Positions 59,950 to 64,000 of a stretch of DNA of 64,000 nucleotides are shown here, piece by piece. The notes under the pieces were generated by a model. The model did no database searches, was not told the DNA's origin, and was given only the letters and a program-made list of their open reading frames with translations. A program made the position numbers and the translations under genes. Origin of the DNA: an uncultured Nitrososphaeraceae archaeon (lineage in GTDB: Archaea > Thermoproteota > Nitrososphaeria > Nitrososphaerales > Nitrososphaeraceae); assembly GCA_963765895.1 (NCBI GenBank), contig CAVXZB010000042.1:9901-73900 (forward strand), given 5' to 3'. Within the stretch, counting starts at the first letter, position 1. Every line of letters starts with the position of its first letter.

Positions 59950-60897
59950 GGCTATGTAGAAAACATCATCAATATTACAAGATTAGTCAGTCTATGCATA
60001 TTGTAGGTGATACATCTAAATGATAACTCTCTGTTCTGCATTCTAGTCAATCTAGACATAAGATGCTCTCCAAATAGTCGTTTTATGACTGATATTATGG
60101 TTTCATCTTTGTTTCGTTGATTGTACAGCAATTTGGAGTAACCACGCTTCATCTGCTTTCTGTACTTACCATGTGTTCTCCACATCGGTACATGTTCATA
60201 TCGAGCAGGAATAATACTGAATGCATGTAAGTCCTCTCTTACGAGAAGGTGATTATCTTCACTATCGTAACCCTTATCAGCTGTAACTACAGATAATGGA
60301 AGAATATTTGATGTCCTTGTTATAATTGGCCTGAAATCTACATTATCATGCCTTGTTGGAGCTCGTCTTATCTTAATTGTACATATGATTTGTTGTAATA
60401 CATCTACTCCAATAGATAATTTCGCATATTTTCTTCTCAATTCTGTTCGATCAGTATAATATTGTGATGCATGAGTTATCTTAAATCCTGTTGAATCTAT
60501 TCCTGCAAAGATATGCTTGGTACCACTAATTACAATGAATGACGAAATTATCTTTTCAAGCAATGAATTATTGATTCTATCTGTAAACTTTTGCAATGTT
60601 GTAAAATGAGGAATACGTGACAACCGTAGAAATGACCTTAGGTAATAGGCTTCAATTAACCACTCGACAAACATTCTATAACTCTTACCTTCATACTGTC
60701 GTATAGCAACTAGAACTATGTGCTGCCATATTGTAAATATGTGATTACTTTTCCTGTTAGAAAATAGAGGAATCCTTGCATGCTTCAAAACACGGAACAT
60801 AGTACCTGCAAGTCTGACGTACATTGATTCTTTCAATAGACTATTGGTATTATACTCTTACAAAGCTTTGACTGTATGAGATGGTTTCTACACAGCC
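59950..60897 (-). mobile_element. IS5-family insertion sequence copy 2, 948 bp
   Basis: same TIRs as copy 1; 8-bp TSD acacaaca. Confidence 0.95.
59952..60836 (-). CDS. IS5-family DDE transposase
   Basis: three amino-acid differences from copy 1. Confidence 0.93.
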   Translation of the reverse strand: MKESMYVRLAGTMFRVLKHARIPLFSNRKSNHIFTIWQHIVLVAIRQYEGKSYRMFVEWLIEAYYLRSFLRLSRIPHFTTLQKFTDRINNSLLEKIISSFIVISGTKHIFAGIDSTGFKITHASQYYTDRTELRRKYAKLSIGVDVLQQIICTIKIRRAPTRHDNVDFRPIITRTSNILPLSVVTADKGYDSEDNHLLVREDLHAFSIIPARYEHVPMWRTHGKYRKQMKRGYSKLLYNQRNKDETIISVIKRLFGEHLMSRLTRMQNRELSFRCITYNMHRLTNLVILMMFST

Positions 60898-61095
60898 ACA
60901 CAACATTATAGAGGAGCATTATTCATCAGACTATTGATTGGGTTATAAATAGATTTGAGACATTAGACCTTTTGACATAATTTAAGACTATAACGCTATG
61001 TTGACAACCTCGTGATTTAAAGTCGATGCAGCATTATACAATTATAATACTCTCTCATACAAAGGATTATTAATATTCCAGTTTATTTAATCTAT

Positions 61096-61398
61096 GTGGT
61101 CCACAAGATAAATAATAAGACCATAGATAGTAACAGGAAGTCAATAGCAGAAATAATAAAGATAAGAGAATCAGCAGTAATAAATGATGAAATCCTGGAA
61201 AGGAGAATAACTCTAGCAACAGAATGTTTCACAAGAAAATTCCCTGAATTAATCCTTAAAGCAGGATCAACCCAACAAGGGGGAGCAACAACTTTCCGAA
61301 ACTGTGGTGATCTGCCTACCCCGAGTTGCACAGGGGGCGTTTTTACATCCAGCGGTAACGAAAACGTTCACCAGCATAACACTACTAGTACTCCGTGA
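61096..61398 (+). CDS. hypothetical protein
   Basis: 100-aa ORF with GTG start; no motif. Confidence 0.4.
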   Translation: MVHKINNKTIDSNRKSIAEIIKIRESAVINDEILERRITLATECFTRKFPELILKAGSTQQGGATTFRNCGDLPTPSCTGGVFTSSGNENVHQHNTTSTP

Positions 61399-61811
61399 AA
61401 CTTGGAATTTTAGTGGCAACTAGAGTCTCCCTTCCTTATTTCAACGATGGTCCATCATCATTAATCAATTAACTCCTACCTTTTTTTTGACGGATAGAGT
61501 ATTCTCCAATGGTGAGTCATAATATGTCAGAGCATCAGATGTTACATCCTCTAACACGATAAAATATTATCAGCGCATACCTGCAGAATTTATCCCGGTT
61601 ATAGCTAAGTATTGTGATACCTGTAGGAAGCACTTTGTGCATATAGATCATGCTTAGTATCTACCAATACCAAATTAAAGTAGGATGATCTAACCTTACA
61701 GGTTACGAGCAAGCTCCGCCATTTTTCAGCTTTCCCTGATTTGGTGAAAAACATACTCAACCCTGTTGATACTGACAGGAAACCTGATTCGATGCTGAGT
61801 GGGTGAGCCAC

Positions 61812-62120
61812 TGCTCAAATTCTCAGTTACCAACCAACACAGCTATACATACACAAGACAAAACCACTGAGCTCGATAAATGCTAAAACTATCAATACTT
61901 GTGATGGACTTGCTCATTCAGAAACAATATGTAGACAGTACAAATTGAGTATATCTGTAGATAGTAGCATGTTAGCCGCAGTGAACCATGTATTTAATCC
62001 TGTTAATATCCAATAAGTATAAACATACTGGATGATATTAGATTTTGACGAGTCAGACATAATTATATCGGAAACAAGTCTTCTAAAACAGATATGCAGC
62101 ATGCCAGATTAAAAACATTA
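61812..62120 (+). repeat. dispersed non-coding repeat, full copy B
   Basis: aligns with 33614-33913. Confidence 0.85.
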
Positions 62121-62367
62121 TCCTAAATATCAGATTTGATGTACAGGATGACGCCTAGGTATGAGGATAAACTTAAATGCATTTCTATCATGAGGCGCAC
62201 CAAATAATAATCTGCAAAGGCATTAGGATGGCAAGCAGCTGATCATATGCGAGCACTTAGGGAGATTGAAGGGGTGAGAAGCTCGTGATACTATCAATCA
62301 AAAGTTGATGCAGGAGACACTACCATCTAAAGAAAGTCTTAAATCACCGAATTCTGATTGAATCGCA

Positions 62368-63687
62368 ATGAACAAGAGTACGCAGGTCTCATTTTTTGCT
62401 ATTGGTCTTGCGGTCCTACTGTTACTAAGTATGGTGGTCAGTTCCGGGGTGGCTATTCAATTAGCACCACGGAAGAAACAAGTTACCCTTACAGCAGTAA
62501 TGAGTGATTTAGGTGACCCAGGAAGATGGGCGCGTCTACTTCAACCAGCGTTCAAAGAATTAAGGATAAAACATCCGGACATGGATATCAAGCTAAAATA
62601 TTTGGAGATCCCATCGTATTCTCAAACCAGGAATGAGACTTTATCATTATTGGCCAATCAAACTCCTGTAGATATAGTTAATCCGGATGTAATCTGGCTT
62701 GGAGAGTTTGCTCAAAAAGGATATCTGACAGACCTAACAAATCGTAGCATAAGTTGGGGAAGACTTTCTGATTTTTACCAAAATAACGTGGATGGAATGA
62801 CATATAATCACAAAATTTACGCTATATGGGTATGGACTGATGTGAGGGGGATGTGGTATTGGAAGGACCTATTGAATGAATCAGGTGTTACGCCGGATCA
62901 TTAAAAACATGGGGCTGATATCTTGCATCTGCAAAGAAGCTTAAGACTGGACCGAGACCCCAAGGAATAGAAGGAATGCACCTTACTGGCGCTAGCCATT
63001 CTCCAGATTTGTGGTACCCTTATCTCTGGATGCTTGGAGGACAAATTCTCACCTATAAGAACGGACATCTGTTTCCAGCATATAACAGCTCAGCGGGAGT
63101 TAGAGCAATGGAGTTTATCAAATCCCAAATTGATGCAGGCATAAAACCACAAAAACAACATTTTTGGGGTGTTGAGTTCCTTAATAAGAAATTTGCGGTG
63201 ATGTTAGAAGCAGTACAACATCATGCGCATTTAAACACGACTGCGCAGAAACAGGCTTTCGAACAAAAAATTGACGTCTTACCATTTCCTGTGCCAGATC
63301 TAAGCTATAATAGCTCGACATTAAGTGGTGGATGGTTGTTAGGTATTCCTGAAGCATCAAAAAACAAGGACTTGGCATGGGAGTTAATTACACTAACGGT
63401 GGAACCTAAGATACTTGCTCCTTGGTTAGCAAAATATGGATATCTTCCAACACAGATACCTATAGGAAACGGTCCATACTCAGGTTTACTGAATCAATCG
63501 ATACCATATTTTGAAAAACTAATCTCTATGATTCCGACGGCAGGTGCAAGACCAAGCATACCACAATATCCACAGATAGCTGAACATATAAGGCAAGCGT
63601 TAGACGAGGTTTATTATGGTATGAAAGGACCTAAACAAGCGTTAGACGAGGCTGGCAGCAAAGTCTGCAAAGGTTCTGGGATGGTAG
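62368..63687 (+). pseudogene. ABC-type sugar/extracellular solute-binding protein (family 1), disrupted
   Basis: N-terminal TM, PDVIWLGEFA..GYL.DL, WY.KDLL, GGW.LGI and KDLAWE motifs; lesions at ~62898-62918 and ~63653 (true end probably KVLGW* at 63687). Confidence 0.88.
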
Positions 63688-64000
63688 GTTACTATTAGCC
63701 CTCTAGCCATATTTGACCTATCAGATTCATGGATCTAAAGTTAAATCAACTCTTCATGTTATCTTTTTGACTGATGGTTTCATGTGACAAAATTGTTTCT
63801 GGCCTATCGAAAATTTTAACACATAAATTATAACGATATTCTTTAGCAGAACGTTTGAACGTTCGCAATCTGCACACCTAAGGGAATATGTCAGGATGCC
63901 TTGCTATAAGTAGGCGCGCGCGCGTTAAACTCTTACGTTATATTTTATTAGACTCTATTGTTTCTCCTGTTGTATTTTTATTATCAATTTTGGTTTCATT

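Noticed and set aside
61914-62102. 62-aa ORF (and the 64-aa ORF at 19214-19408) as coding
   Set aside because: They overlap repeat copies whose reading frames are not conserved between copies

Overview
AT-rich, low-coding-density archaeal window. Gene content and style (duplicated-sensor-domain histidine kinase, solo CheY-like receivers, MEDS proteins, DUF1059, PRC-barrel repeats, C2H2/Zn-ribbon microproteins, many TTG/GTG starts) point to a soil ammonia-oxidising archaeon of the Nitrososphaeraceae; this is inferred, since no rRNA or marker gene is present. It is an accessory region under decay. It carries three IS5-family insertions: one IS903-like copy splitting a MEDS gene, and two near-identical 948-bp copies, one of which splits a Rieske-FNR fusion. 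It also has many frameshifted, nonsense or internally deleted genes. Other content includes a stress/redox cluster (adh, ALDH, NDH-2, cytochrome-b/Mo-oxidoreductase fusion, patatin, pyruvate oxidase) and many microproteins missed by the ORF track. Most notable: (1) a frameshifted but otherwise complete homologue of eukaryotic cytosolic peptide:N-glycanase (Png1/NGLY1); (2) an unannotated dispersed non-coding repeat family, with two copies forming a ~540-bp fold-back; (3) a signal-less HiPIP-like protein next to a histidine kinase; (4) a secreted 11-mer-repeat protein with an N-glycosylation sequon in every repeat. No tRNA, rRNA or CRISPR array was seen. All alignments were made by eye.
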